From: an uncultured Dehalococcoidaceae bacterium
GTDB lineage: Bacteria; Chloroflexota; Dehalococcoidia; Dehalococcoidales; RBG-16-60-22
NCBI GenBank assembly: GCA_964638295.1
Contig: CAZWYS010000003.1
Coordinates: 1-53,918, forward strand
DNA length: 53,918 nucleotides
Direction: 5' to 3'
Below are positions 8,987 through 17,827 of the stretch, piece after piece. A program made the translations under genes and the position numbers. Position 1 is the stretch's first letter. Each line of letters opens with the position of its first letter. The notes under the pieces were generated by a model. The model did no database searches. It saw only the letters and a program-made list of their open reading frames with translations, and was not told where the DNA came from.

Positions 8987-10174
8987 ATGGTGAAAAAGAA
9001 AGCATTATTAGGCGTGTTGGGGCTATTGTTAGTCATCAGTTTAGTAGCCGCTGCTTGTGCAGCACCCGCACCCGCTCCAGCACCAGCACCCGCACCCGCT
9101 CCAGCACCAGCTCCAGCTCCAGCTCCAGCTCCAGCACCCGCACCAGCTCCAGCACCCACTCCAGCACCCGCACCGGCTCCAGCTCCAGCACCTGCACCGG
9201 CACAACCCGCTGCAGTGCATAAATGGATTGGACAATCACACGTGGCTGCTGCAACTCGCTACCATGCGTCGTTTACCAGGCTGTGTAACGAAATCCAGGC
9301 TTCCAGTTGCGGCCAAATCACGATTGAGGTCCATCCGGCCGGTGCCGTTGTTCCCGCCTGTCAGGAATTTGACGGCTGTGCTGAGGGCCTGATTGACATT
9401 GGCAGCACCTGCACCATGTACTGGAAAGACAGGTTTAACACCGCCAACCTTTTCACCTACACAGTTGCCGGCTTACCACCCGCTGAGTCAAAAATCTGGC
9501 ACATGGAGATGGGTAATGACTATCTCCAGCAGGTAATTGACGAAGGCGGCTATGATGTCATCATTCCCGCCGGTGTCATCACTACTCCTGAGATGTTCCT
9601 TAGCACAGGTGAGAGAGAGCTTAAATCGGTGGCTGACATCAAGGGGCTGAAGATTCGAACTGCCGGTGACGATGGCGTCATTCTCTCAAGGATGGGCGCC
9701 TCGGTTGTCTTCCTGCCCAGTAGCGAGATATATGAATCCATGCAACGTGGCGTGATTGACGCTTTCCAGATGAGCTCACCGGCGATGGACTGGTCAGGCT
9801 CAATGCAGGAAGTTGCCAAGAACGTCTATCTCTCGCCAGTCCGGCAGCCCTGCGAGTGGCTTCCCGTCATGTTCAGCAAGAAATCTTGGGCGGAACTGGA
9901 TGACGGCTTGAAGAGTCTGTGCATTAATTGTGCTCACGCCGAAGGCTGGAGATACCTGGCCGAAATGACGCAGCTCGATGTCCAGGCAGTAAAGGACTAC
10001 CAGGCTTACGGCACTAACATTACCCAGATTCCGAAGGATATAGAAGACGAGTTGTACCAACAGGCTCTGATTCTGTACGGTGAAGAATCGGCCAAGGACC
10101 CCTTCTACAAGGAAGTCTTTGACTCCATAGTCGATTTCCAGACGACCATGTATGCAACCTTCCCACGGTTGTAG
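8987..10174 (+). CDS. dctP: TRAP transporter substrate-binding lipoprotein DctP (TakP-like) with long Pro-Ala linker
   Basis: Signal peptide with lipobox AAAC, (AP)n linker, DIKGLKIRTAG, EIYESMQRGVIDA; followed by dctQ and dctM. Confidence 0.93.
   Translation: MVKKKALLGVLGLLLVISLVAAACAAPAPAPAPAPAPAPAPAPAPAPAPAPAPAPAPTPAPAPAPAPAPAPAQPAAVHKWIGQSHVAAATRYHASFTRLCNEIQASSCGQITIEVHPAGAVVPACQEFDGCAEGLIDIGSTCTMYWKDRFNTANLFTYTVAGLPPAESKIWHMEMGNDYLQQVIDEGGYDVIIPAGVITTPEMFLSTGERELKSVADIKGLKIRTAGDDGVILSRMGASVVFLPSSEIYESMQRGVIDAFQMSSPAMDWSGSMQEVAKNVYLSPVRQPCEWLPVMFSKKSWAELDDGLKSLCINCAHAEGWRYLAEMTQLDVQAVKDYQAYGTNITQIPKDIEDELYQQALILYGEESAKDPFYKEVFDSIVDFQTTMYATFPRL
9059..9203 (+). repeat. Coding low-complexity repeat encoding (Ala-Pro)n
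   Basis: 24-nt unit agcacccgcacccgctccagcacc twice, plus runs of agctcc hexamers. Confidence 0.9.
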
Positions 10175-10181
10175 TTCAAGT

Positions 10182-10215
10182 TCTCCTGCCTCGTGAGTAC
10201 TCACGAGGCAGGAGA
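10182..10215. repeat. Perfect 34-bp palindrome between dctP and dctQ (intercistronic stem-loop)
   Basis: tctcctgcctcgtgagtactcacgaggcaggaga equals its own reverse complement; no U tract follows. Confidence 0.9.
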
Positions 10216-10245
10216 CCCTGTTCACTGAGTTAAGAAAGATAAACA

Positions 10246-10755
10246 ATGAGAAAGATATTCAGGGCTGTTGATGCCATCAGCGACTGGGCAGGAAAGTCAG
10301 GGCGCTGGTTAGCTGTAATCCTGATTATCGTGATGGTCATCGAGGTAACCATGCGCTATGGTTTCAACCATCCGACGATGTGGGCGTACGAGAGTAGCCT
10401 GCAGCTAGGTTGCGCTCTATACGCTCTGGGTTATTGCTACGCCCAGCGGCACAATGCCCATGTCAGGGTTGACGTCTTCTACACCCATCTATCGCGCAGG
10501 GGGAAGGCATGGGTTGACGCTATATGTGGGGTATTGATGTTTCTCCCGGTGCTTGCTTTGGTTGTCGGTGCCTCCTGGGCGTGGATGCTCAAGTCGTGGA
10601 AAATCCATGAGAAAATGGTGGAGACGTACTGGTACCCACCGTATTATCCCTTGAGAACGTTGGTGGCATTTGGCTGGACCATGCTTGCCGTTCAAGGACT
10701 GTCACAGATAATCCGTAACTTCTACCTGTTGATAAGGAATAAACCCTATGATTGA
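10246..10755 (+). CDS. dctQ: TRAP small permease
   Basis: Four TM segments, EVTMRYGFNHPT.WAYE and HVRVDVFY. Confidence 0.93.
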   Translation: MRKIFRAVDAISDWAGKSGRWLAVILIIVMVIEVTMRYGFNHPTMWAYESSLQLGCALYALGYCYAQRHNAHVRVDVFYTHLSRRGKAWVDAICGVLMFLPVLALVVGASWAWMLKSWKIHEKMVETYWYPPYYPLRTLVAFGWTMLAVQGLSQIIRNFYLLIRNKPYD

Positions 10756-12082
10756 AATAAGCCCTGAATTAGTTACCATTATAATGCTCGGTGGGGTTCT
10801 GGTCTTGGTTTTAGCCGGTTTCCCGCTGGCTTACGTGGTCGGGATAATAGCACTAGTCGTTGGAGTCTTTGTGTGGCAGGGCCAGGTATCGCAGATGCTT
10901 TACCTGCGTGCCCAGAAGATAATGCTGAATTATACCCTCTTAGCCGTTCCCCTGTTCGTCTTTATGGGAGCTATGCTGGAACGCTCGGGGATAATTGAAA
11001 GACTCTATGAAACGTTATATCTGTGGTTCGGTGGCTTCCGTGGCGGACTGGCGTTAGTCACCGTCATTGTTGGCACCATTATGGCGGCCACGGTGGGCAT
11101 CATTACTGCCTCGGTCACCCTGCTGACGCTGGTCGCCCTGCCGTCTATGATCAAGAGAGGTTATTCCAAAAGTTTCGCTACCGGTGCCTGTACTGCCGGT
11201 GGTGTTCTGGGCATCCTCATTCCGCCCAGCATTATGATTGTTCTTTACGGGCCAATGGCCGAGCTATCGGTAGGCAAGCTGTTTTTCGGCGCCTTCGTGC
11301 CCGGCTTTATCCTCTCTGGATTATATATCAGCTACATTACCATTCGCGCTTTCATCCAACCAGACATAGCGCCACCAGTGCCGGTGGAAGAAAGGGCAGT
11401 CCCCTTCGTAAAGAAAACAGTTATGCTTCTCGTCTCGCTGGTTCCACCCGCCATACTTATCATGTCGGTGCTTGGGGCTATTTTTATGGGCATAGCCGCC
11501 CCCACCGAGGCGGCTGGTGTCGGTGCCTTTGCCGCCACTCTGCTCGCCATCGCCTACCGCCGGTTTAGCTTTGATGTCCTGAAAGAATGCGCCACGATGA
11601 CATTAAGGCTCTCCGGTTTTATCCTTCTTGTCGGGTCAATGTCTTTTGCCTTCACCGGAGTATTCCTTGGCGCCGGGGGTGGGAAGGTGGTCACAGACGT
11701 CATTCTGGCTACTCCCGGGGGTAGATGGGGTGCCTTTGCCGCTATCATGTTCATTTGCTTCCTCCTGGGCATGTTTATTGACTGGATAGGTATCATCTTC
11801 ATCATGGTGCCCATAATAACGCCCATCGGCGAAGTGCTGGGATTTGACCCCATCTGGTTTGCCATCATGATTTGCGTTAATCTGCAGACTTCCTTCATGA
11901 CGCCTCCTTTTGCCATGGCTATCTACATCTGCCGGGGTGCTGCCGCCCCAGAACTGGGAGTGACTGTGGCGGACATTATCCGGGGTGTAATCCCGTTTGT
12001 TATCCTCATCCTTATCGCCATCGTAATACTTGTCATTTGGCCTAACCTGATTCTGTGGCTGCCCAGTTTGATGATAAGGTAG
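10748..12082 (+). CDS. dctM: TRAP large permease
   Basis: LLAVPLFVFMG, LGILIPPSI, APTEAAGVG and TPPFA. Confidence 0.95.
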   Translation: MIEISPELVTIIMLGGVLVLVLAGFPLAYVVGIIALVVGVFVWQGQVSQMLYLRAQKIMLNYTLLAVPLFVFMGAMLERSGIIERLYETLYLWFGGFRGGLALVTVIVGTIMAATVGIITASVTLLTLVALPSMIKRGYSKSFATGACTAGGVLGILIPPSIMIVLYGPMAELSVGKLFFGAFVPGFILSGLYISYITIRAFIQPDIAPPVPVEERAVPFVKKTVMLLVSLVPPAILIMSVLGAIFMGIAAPTEAAGVGAFAATLLAIAYRRFSFDVLKECATMTLRLSGFILLVGSMSFAFTGVFLGAGGGKVVTDVILATPGGRWGAFAAIMFICFLLGMFIDWIGIIFIMVPIITPIGEVLGFDPIWFAIMICVNLQTSFMTPPFAMAIYICRGAAAPELGVTVADIIRGVIPFVILILIAIVILVIWPNLILWLPSLMIR

Positions 12083-12221
12083 CACATTCCAAACACACTG
12101 AATACAGTAAGCCACAGAACTGCATACATAATTCGCAGTGAACAAGAGCGGCAATGTTTGACTTCCAATCATAAAAAGTGCCGCTAACAGTATATACCGC
12201 ATTAACAGTTAGCCCAAGTTT

Positions 12222-12251
12222 TTGACAAAATAACTCCGCTTAAGATAAAAT
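12222..12251 (+). promoter_or_regulatory. Sigma70-type promoter of the NHL gene
   Basis: TTGACA-18 nt-TAAAAT. Confidence 0.5.
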
Positions 12252-12331
12252 CTATTGCCACCCCGAAAGTAATCTCATTGGTTACTGTACCCGGGGTGAA
12301 GTTTTACTTGAAGGAGGTAAACGAGATAAAA

Positions 12332-13216
12332 ATGATTGTGGGAAGCGGTGCGTATAAATATGAGCGCGTGGAAAACTGGGCCAAAATACCCGAGTACTTT
12401 ATATTAGATGACCCCGTAGACCTCGCTATAGATTCGCATGACCGCCTTTATGTGGGCTCCCGAGGTAACCACCCGGTGCTTATCTTCGACCGTGATGGCA
12501 ATTTCGTCTCCTGCTGGGGCGAAGGTTATTTCATCGACCCCCATGGAATATATATTGACCCTGATGACTCAGTATATATTACTGACAGCCAGACCCATAC
12601 TGTAGAAAAGTTAACCTTGGGAGGTGAGCTCCTCAATCTCAGATTGGGAACCAGGAACTGGGCAACCGATATTGAAGACCAGAAACCATTCAACAAGCCA
12701 ACAGGCACAGCCGTTGGTCCAACCGGCGACATTTATGTCTGCAATGGCTACGGTAACTTCGTGGTGCACAAGTTCTCCCCTGACGGGAAACTGCTCAAGA
12801 CCTGGGGAGGATTCGGCAACAGTCCCGGCCAGTTTGCTCTTCCTCACAAGCTGGATATAGACAGGCAGGGAACAGTGTATATATGTGACCGAAATAATGA
12901 CCGCATTCAGAGGTTCACTCCTGACGGTGAGTTTATTGATATGTGGACCGATTTCCACTGGCCACATGACTTGTACATTGACCAACAGAATGACATTATA
13001 TATGTAGTAGAGGCTACAGTGAACCCACCGCACCAGCCCAGAGTCAGCATTCGTGATTTGAAAGGTAACCTTCTCTCGTCATGGGAAGGACGGGAAAGTG
13101 AAGGTAAAGGAGCGCTGGAGATTGCCCACAGTATTTGCGTGGACTCCCACGGTGACATATACGTGGGGGAAATAGTAAGGACAAGAAGAATTCAGAAGTT
13201 CATCAAGGTAAGTTAG
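12332..13216 (+). CDS. NHL-repeat beta-propeller (peptidyl-alpha-hydroxyglycine amidating lyase-like)
   Basis: Repeated P-H-G/D-x-x-I-D..IY blades, FNKPT..AV, GQFALPH, DRNNDRIQ. ATG 12332 follows AAGGAGG. Confidence 0.88.
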   Translation: MIVGSGAYKYERVENWAKIPEYFILDDPVDLAIDSHDRLYVGSRGNHPVLIFDRDGNFVSCWGEGYFIDPHGIYIDPDDSVYITDSQTHTVEKLTLGGELLNLRLGTRNWATDIEDQKPFNKPTGTAVGPTGDIYVCNGYGNFVVHKFSPDGKLLKTWGGFGNSPGQFALPHKLDIDRQGTVYICDRNNDRIQRFTPDGEFIDMWTDFHWPHDLYIDQQNDIIYVVEATVNPPHQPRVSIRDLKGNLLSSWEGRESEGKGALEIAHSICVDSHGDIYVGEIVRTRRIQKFIKVS

Positions 13217-13254
13217 CCACACTGACTCCCCTGCAAGCTGGAATAAAAAGAATA

Positions 13255-13293
13255 GATATCCCCCTTCCCACATCCGCTTTGAAGGGGGATATC
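13255..13293. terminator. 13-bp inverted repeat between convergent genes (likely terminator)
   Basis: gatatcccccttc-N13-gaagggggatatc; an A-rich run on the left gives a U tract for the minus strand. Confidence 0.65.
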
Positions 13294-13335
13294 GTTGCCT
13301 GTCGGTGGACAGTCAAAAACGGCATCTGAAACTCT

Positions 13336-13908
13336 CTAGTGCCGATCAAAATAAATGCTCTTCCCGGTTACCGATAGCGGGAAGCCAATAATAAAGTCAG
13401 CATCCAGAAATCGCAGTTGCTTCGCCGCTTCACCAATCGTATACATCATACGATTGTCAATGCTGAGTTCACTGGCCAGTTTAGCCGCCGAACCTAGAGC
13501 AATACCTAAGTTAATTGCTTGGAAGATACAAAGAGGACCACCAAACTTCTCACCACGCTGCTTTCTGGCATCAAGTAACTGCCGACACGATTTGTATCCG
13601 CAGGCACCGCAGTTCATCGGCTCTTCAACCTTCGTGGGATTGCCGACAACACCGATTAGCAATACACTGCTGGATTTTCTCACATTGTTAGCATCCACAT
13701 TGTAAGCTGATGAAAGATAAGGTGGTTTCTCTTTCGCCTTATCGTCTATAGCATCCGCCAGAACTTGCAGGTCTTCACCATCAACAATCATCGTCTTTAT
13801 ATCATCAACACCTCTGGCTTTGGGAGCTGTCCTGGCGCTGGCTGCCATCATAGCGGCAACCGCCCGTACTGCCTCCCTCTCCACTTCTTCTGATTTGAAC
13901 CTTGCCAT
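13336..13908 (-). CDS. DUF2148-like ferredoxin-domain (CxxCxxxxC) protein
   Basis: AASARTAPKARG, NCGACGYKSC, C..INLGIALGSA, DNRMMYTIG and KSIYFDR. Confidence 0.85.
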   Translation of the reverse strand: MARFKSEEVEREAVRAVAAMMAASARTAPKARGVDDIKTMIVDGEDLQVLADAIDDKAKEKPPYLSSAYNVDANNVRKSSSVLLIGVVGNPTKVEEPMNCGACGYKSCRQLLDARKQRGEKFGGPLCIFQAINLGIALGSAAKLASELSIDNRMMYTIGEAAKQLRFLDADFIIGFPLSVTGKSIYFDRH

Positions 13909-14069
13909 ATCTTATCTTCCTCCTTCGTATACCTTTCCATCGTTATTATCAGGGTAGCGCAGGCTTTTCTACTCTGATGAGGCAAACCGCCAAAATCTAA
14001 TTATTATAGCAAATTTCGACCACTAAGCGTCACCTGCCCATATTGAAAAGAGAAGATCAGTCAGATTGA

Positions 14070-14098
14070 TTGACAAAGCGTGTCATAGATGATAGCTT
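14070..14098 (+). promoter_or_regulatory. Sigma70-type promoter with TGACA-N5-TGTCA palindrome over the -35 box
   Basis: TTGACA-17 nt-TAGCTT; inverted repeat at 14071-14085. Confidence 0.5.
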
Positions 14099-14166
14099 AC
14101 TAAGCAAGAGAAGCTCATTACTTCTTGGTTTACATTATTGGATTAAGCTTGCTATAAGAGGGTGAA

Positions 14167-14562
14167 ATGGAAAAGAAAGAGCCTTACGCCACTGAGGAAG
14201 AGTTCAACAAACGTGTTATTCGCTACCGCGATGTCCCTCTTATCGAGCTTGGTCCCGGTGCTAAAAGTCACCTCGTTTCTGCAGAAAGAATTACGGTCAG
14301 TTTTGTTAACGCCGAACCCGGTATCTATTTTGCCTCCCACCGCCATGAACCGGAGCAAATCATGATAGTTACCGGAGGCGCCTGTGATACCGTCGTTGAT
14401 GGGAAGCTATACCACCTTGAAGAAGGCGATGTTCTCATCATTCCATCTAATATGGAACATGGCAACTATATTTCCGATAGAGGTTTACGCATGATCGAGG
14501 TCTTCTCGCCACCCCGATATGACCTGGTGGCAAAACTGGAAGCGACAAGGAGAGCAAAGTAA
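14167..14562 (+). CDS. Cupin-domain protein
   Basis: HRHEPEQ...G and GDVLIIPSNMEH metal-binding motifs; VFSPPR tail. Confidence 0.9.
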   Translation: MEKKEPYATEEEFNKRVIRYRDVPLIELGPGAKSHLVSAERITVSFVNAEPGIYFASHRHEPEQIMIVTGGACDTVVDGKLYHLEEGDVLIIPSNMEHGNYISDRGLRMIEVFSPPRYDLVAKLEATRRAK

Positions 14563-15585
14563 ATGGAGAAAAAATTTAAAGTGATGCGGGTGGAGAAGAA
14601 ATTCCAAATGCCCCCGGCGCTTCTCCCCACCGGAATAGAAGTTGAGGAGTTAGCCAAAGTAAATGCTGAGTTGGTGGACGTCGAATGTAACACCGAAGGC
14701 GAGATAATTGAAGCGGCCAGAGATGCTGACGCCTTTTTGCTGGTCTTTGCTCCGATGACACGCCGGGTTCTCAAAGCACTACCGAACTTGAAAGTAATCG
14801 TTCGCTATGGCATAGGTTATGATACGGTTGATGTCGATGCTGCCACCGATAACAGCGTCCTTCTGGTCAATATCCCCGATTTCTGCCTTGAAGAGGTCGC
14901 CAACCATGCCATCGCTCTCATCCTCGCTCTGGGCGGAAAACTGCTTTTGCTAAATGAAGACACCAAGAAGGGCCACTGGGCCGAGGCACAGCAGGCCCGG
15001 GCAAGCGTTGGAGCACCTTATGAGCAGACTCTGGGACTCGTTGGCTGCGGGAAAATTGGGCGCACGGCTGCCAGAAAGGCACAGCGCTTTGGTTTCAGAA
15101 TACTGGGCTACGACCCCTATGTTGATAAATCGCTGGCCGAAGAATACGGTATAACCCTGGTGAGCCTACCCGAGTTACTCAAAGAGTCAGATTTTGTTTC
15201 AATTCACTCCCTCTTAAATAAGGAAACCCGGCACTTAATCGGGGAAAAGGAGCTCAGGCAGATGAAACCAACTGCCTATTTGATTAACACGGCTCGAGGT
15301 GCGGTAGTTGATGAGGCAGCTCTTACCACGGCTCTGCAGGAGAAATGGATTGCTGGTGCCGGGTTGGACGTCTTTGAAAACGAACCCATTGACCCGGATA
15401 GCCCTCTGCTTAAAATGGACAATGTCGTGGTCAGTCCCCATTGCGCCAGTCATAGTGATGCCTCTATTAAGCAACTAAAGAGAAGAGTGGGGCAGGAGGC
15501 AGCCAGAGTGCTCAGCGGACACTGGCCCCAGAATGTGGTCAACAAGGCAGTTAAGCCAAAGGTTCCTTTAACCAGCGAAGATTGA
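14563..15585 (+). CDS. D-isomer-specific 2-hydroxyacid dehydrogenase (CtBP/SerA-like)
   Basis: GIGYDTVD, GCGKIG, YDPY, NTARG, DVFENEP and SPHCA. Confidence 0.93.
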   Translation: MEKKFKVMRVEKKFQMPPALLPTGIEVEELAKVNAELVDVECNTEGEIIEAARDADAFLLVFAPMTRRVLKALPNLKVIVRYGIGYDTVDVDAATDNSVLLVNIPDFCLEEVANHAIALILALGGKLLLLNEDTKKGHWAEAQQARASVGAPYEQTLGLVGCGKIGRTAARKAQRFGFRILGYDPYVDKSLAEEYGITLVSLPELLKESDFVSIHSLLNKETRHLIGEKELRQMKPTAYLINTARGAVVDEAALTTALQEKWIAGAGLDVFENEPIDPDSPLLKMDNVVVSPHCASHSDASIKQLKRRVGQEAARVLSGHWPQNVVNKAVKPKVPLTSED

Positions 15586-15630
15586 GCTCACGATAAAGTC
15601 CCGTGCGCCATAAGCCTGGCTTTTCCTGGC

Positions 15631-16518
15631 CTAGAGTAACCCCATGCCTTGTAGTGCCTCTCGCACTCGCTGCTCGGTTTCTGCTGACACCGGTGTGAAG
15701 GGTAATCTAGGGTAACCAGAATCAATACCCCGCATCTTCAGAATAGCGTGGCAGGTAGGCACGGTCGGCCCATACTTGGTAATCTGCCTCAGCACCAGGA
15801 CATCTCTCTGGATTTGCATCAATCTCTCCCTGTTGCCATCCAGATATGCCTCGTACAGCTTTTGGATAAGGTCAGGATAAACGTTGCCTAACCCGGTAAC
15901 CGCCGCTTTGGCCCCGGCATCAAAGGCAGCCACGAATATAGCTTCAGTGCCAATGATTAGATTAAATTCCGGGAAATCCCGCAGGGCAATTTGAGAGTGG
16001 TAGTAATTGACGAGGTCAAAGCTGCTATCCTTCACCCCACCCAGCCCTTCCTTGGCCAGGCGAACAATAAGACCCGGGGAAACAGAGTTCCCCGAGGCCT
16101 TGGGGTTATTGTAGAGGAAAACCGGAATGTTCACGGCGTGTATCAGTTGCTGGAAATGAACAAAGATGGCATCTTCACTGTAGCTGTTATAGTAGGGCGT
16201 AATGGCACCCACCCCTGCGGCCCCGATCGCTTCGGCATGGCGAGCCAGCTCAACCGTATTCCTGGTATCGGCCGTGCCCACATGAACAATGACTGGAACC
16301 CGACCCCCGGTCTGGTCAATGATGATTTCGGCTGTCTTTTTGCGCTCCGCCAGTGACATCATCGGTCCGCTACCGTAGGTCCCGCACGGGTATAACCCCT
16401 GGACATGAGGCACGATAAAATCAACCATCTCCCGCATACCCTTTTCGTAAATTTCACCTTCTTCGGTGAAGGCAGTCATAATTGGCGGGATTATACCTTT
16501 AAAATCAGAGGCTTTCAT
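15631..16518 (-). CDS. DHDPS/NAL-family aldolase, probable 2-keto-3-deoxy-(phospho)sugar-acid aldolase
   Basis: GTYGSGP, VHVG, PYY, LYNNP and GVKDS (Schiff-base Lys); directly downstream of a KDG-kinase-like gene. Confidence 0.88.
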   Translation of the reverse strand: MKASDFKGIIPPIMTAFTEEGEIYEKGMREMVDFIVPHVQGLYPCGTYGSGPMMSLAERKKTAEIIIDQTGGRVPVIVHVGTADTRNTVELARHAEAIGAAGVGAITPYYNSYSEDAIFVHFQQLIHAVNIPVFLYNNPKASGNSVSPGLIVRLAKEGLGGVKDSSFDLVNYYHSQIALRDFPEFNLIIGTEAIFVAAFDAGAKAAVTGLGNVYPDLIQKLYEAYLDGNRERLMQIQRDVLVLRQITKYGPTVPTCHAILKMRGIDSGYPRLPFTPVSAETEQRVREALQGMGLL

Positions 16519-16558
16519 CGTTAGCCCTCCTTTGCTCCTTTTTTAGTATTCTCACTCT

Positions 16559-17518
16559 CTAGCGGGAAATGCCGCTTTCCCCGACCAGAAACGCCTGGAA
16601 CTCGGCAAAACTGGGTAACGCCTGGTATGGTCCCGAGGCCATCAGGCAGAAGGCACCCAGGGCATTCCCCCAGCGAACACTTATCTCCAGGGACTGCTTC
16701 TTGAGCAAACCAGCAACAAAGCCGGCCGCAAAGCAGTCTCCCGCCCCCATACTGCTAACCGGATTCTTCACCGTATAGCCGGAGATATTCACTGGTCTTC
16801 CATCACCACAGGCCAAGACAGCCCCCCTTGCCCCCACCTTGATAACTAGGTTCTTTATCCCCAGAGAATGAGCCTTTTCTATAGCTGCGGGCAATTTCTG
16901 GCAGTCCATCAACAGCTTTAACTCTTCTTCCCCCGGTAAAACATAGGTGCTTTTCTGCATCATGGGGATGAGAATAGAACGAGCGGTGGCAATATCGCAT
17001 AACCGCAGACGCAGGTTGGGGTCAAAAGCGATAATTTGACCATTTTCAACGGCCATCCGGAATACTTCTTCCGTTGCCTGACGAGCCGACTGGCTTACTA
17101 TCGGAGTAATTCCGGTAAGATAGACGATTCTAGCCTGCTTGATGTAATCAGGGTCGATATCGGCTGGTGATATGCCGCTAGCCGCTGAAGATCGCCGATA
17201 GAAATAACATTTAAAGTCACCCTGAGCATGTCTCTCAACAAAGAAGACCCCGGTTTGAGCCTCGGCGTCAAAAACGACCCTTGAGACGTCTATACCTTCT
17301 CCCTTTATCGTTCTGAAGACTTCCTTCCCGAACTCGTCGTCACCCAACCGGGAAAACCAGCCACATTTAAAACCAAGGCGGGCCAAGCCAATGGCAAAGT
17401 TATCCTCAGCACCACCCACCCACTTCTGGAAAAGTTTGACCTCCCGTAAAGGACCGTAGTCCTGGGCTTCAAAGGCAATCATTGATTCGCCCATGGTAAC
17501 GGCGTCCAGAAAATCCAT
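16559..17518 (-). CDS. kdgK: PfkB-family sugar kinase, 2-keto-3-deoxygluconate kinase-like
   Basis: GGAEDNFA, RLGDDEFG, YRRSSAA, LTGIT, FDPNLR and GAGDCF. Confidence 0.85.
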   Translation of the reverse strand: MDFLDAVTMGESMIAFEAQDYGPLREVKLFQKWVGGAEDNFAIGLARLGFKCGWFSRLGDDEFGKEVFRTIKGEGIDVSRVVFDAEAQTGVFFVERHAQGDFKCYFYRRSSAASGISPADIDPDYIKQARIVYLTGITPIVSQSARQATEEVFRMAVENGQIIAFDPNLRLRLCDIATARSILIPMMQKSTYVLPGEEELKLLMDCQKLPAAIEKAHSLGIKNLVIKVGARGAVLACGDGRPVNISGYTVKNPVSSMGAGDCFAAGFVAGLLKKQSLEISVRWGNALGAFCLMASGPYQALPSFAEFQAFLVGESGISR

Positions 17519-17603
17519 CTGCGGTATTCACCTCCACACCGGCTAAGAGCTGACTAAGCCAGCTTGTTAAAACTCACGATAGACCTGACGGCGCCACGGC
17601 CTA

Positions 17604-17632
17604 ATTATGCAAGTCTGTTCTATTCATGTCAA
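17604..17632 (-). promoter_or_regulatory. Sigma70-type promoter for the kinase-aldolase operon
   Basis: TTGACA-17 nt-CATAAT on the minus strand. Confidence 0.6.
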
Positions 17633-17766
17633 GGTGATAGTAATGCCTTGTTTCATCACCTTATTGGTACACGGTAGTTTTCTCTACCAGCCTGTAGCCG
17701 GTAGTAGGATTCTCATTTTTTTAGCCTTGTTATGTCAACGAGCCTGCTATTGGCAACATTCTGGAC

Positions 17767-17795
17767 TTGACAAGAAAAGCGCAGACAGTTAATTT
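17767..17795 (+). promoter_or_regulatory. Sigma70-type promoter for the SDR gene
   Basis: TTGACA-17 nt-TAATTT. Confidence 0.5.
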
Positions 17796-17827
17796 GAATA
17801 CTAGTGATAACTTGAAGGAGAAGACAG

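Noticed and set aside
8848-9392. Gly-Ala, Cys-Trp and Gln-His-rich ORFs (also 28139-28459)
   Set aside because: They are alternative-frame or antisense shadows of the (Ala-Pro)n linkers of dctP.
13283-13292. Shared AGGGGGATAT in the hairpins at 13255 and 39886 as a REP family
   Set aside because: Only two copies with different stem geometry; adequately explained as terminators.
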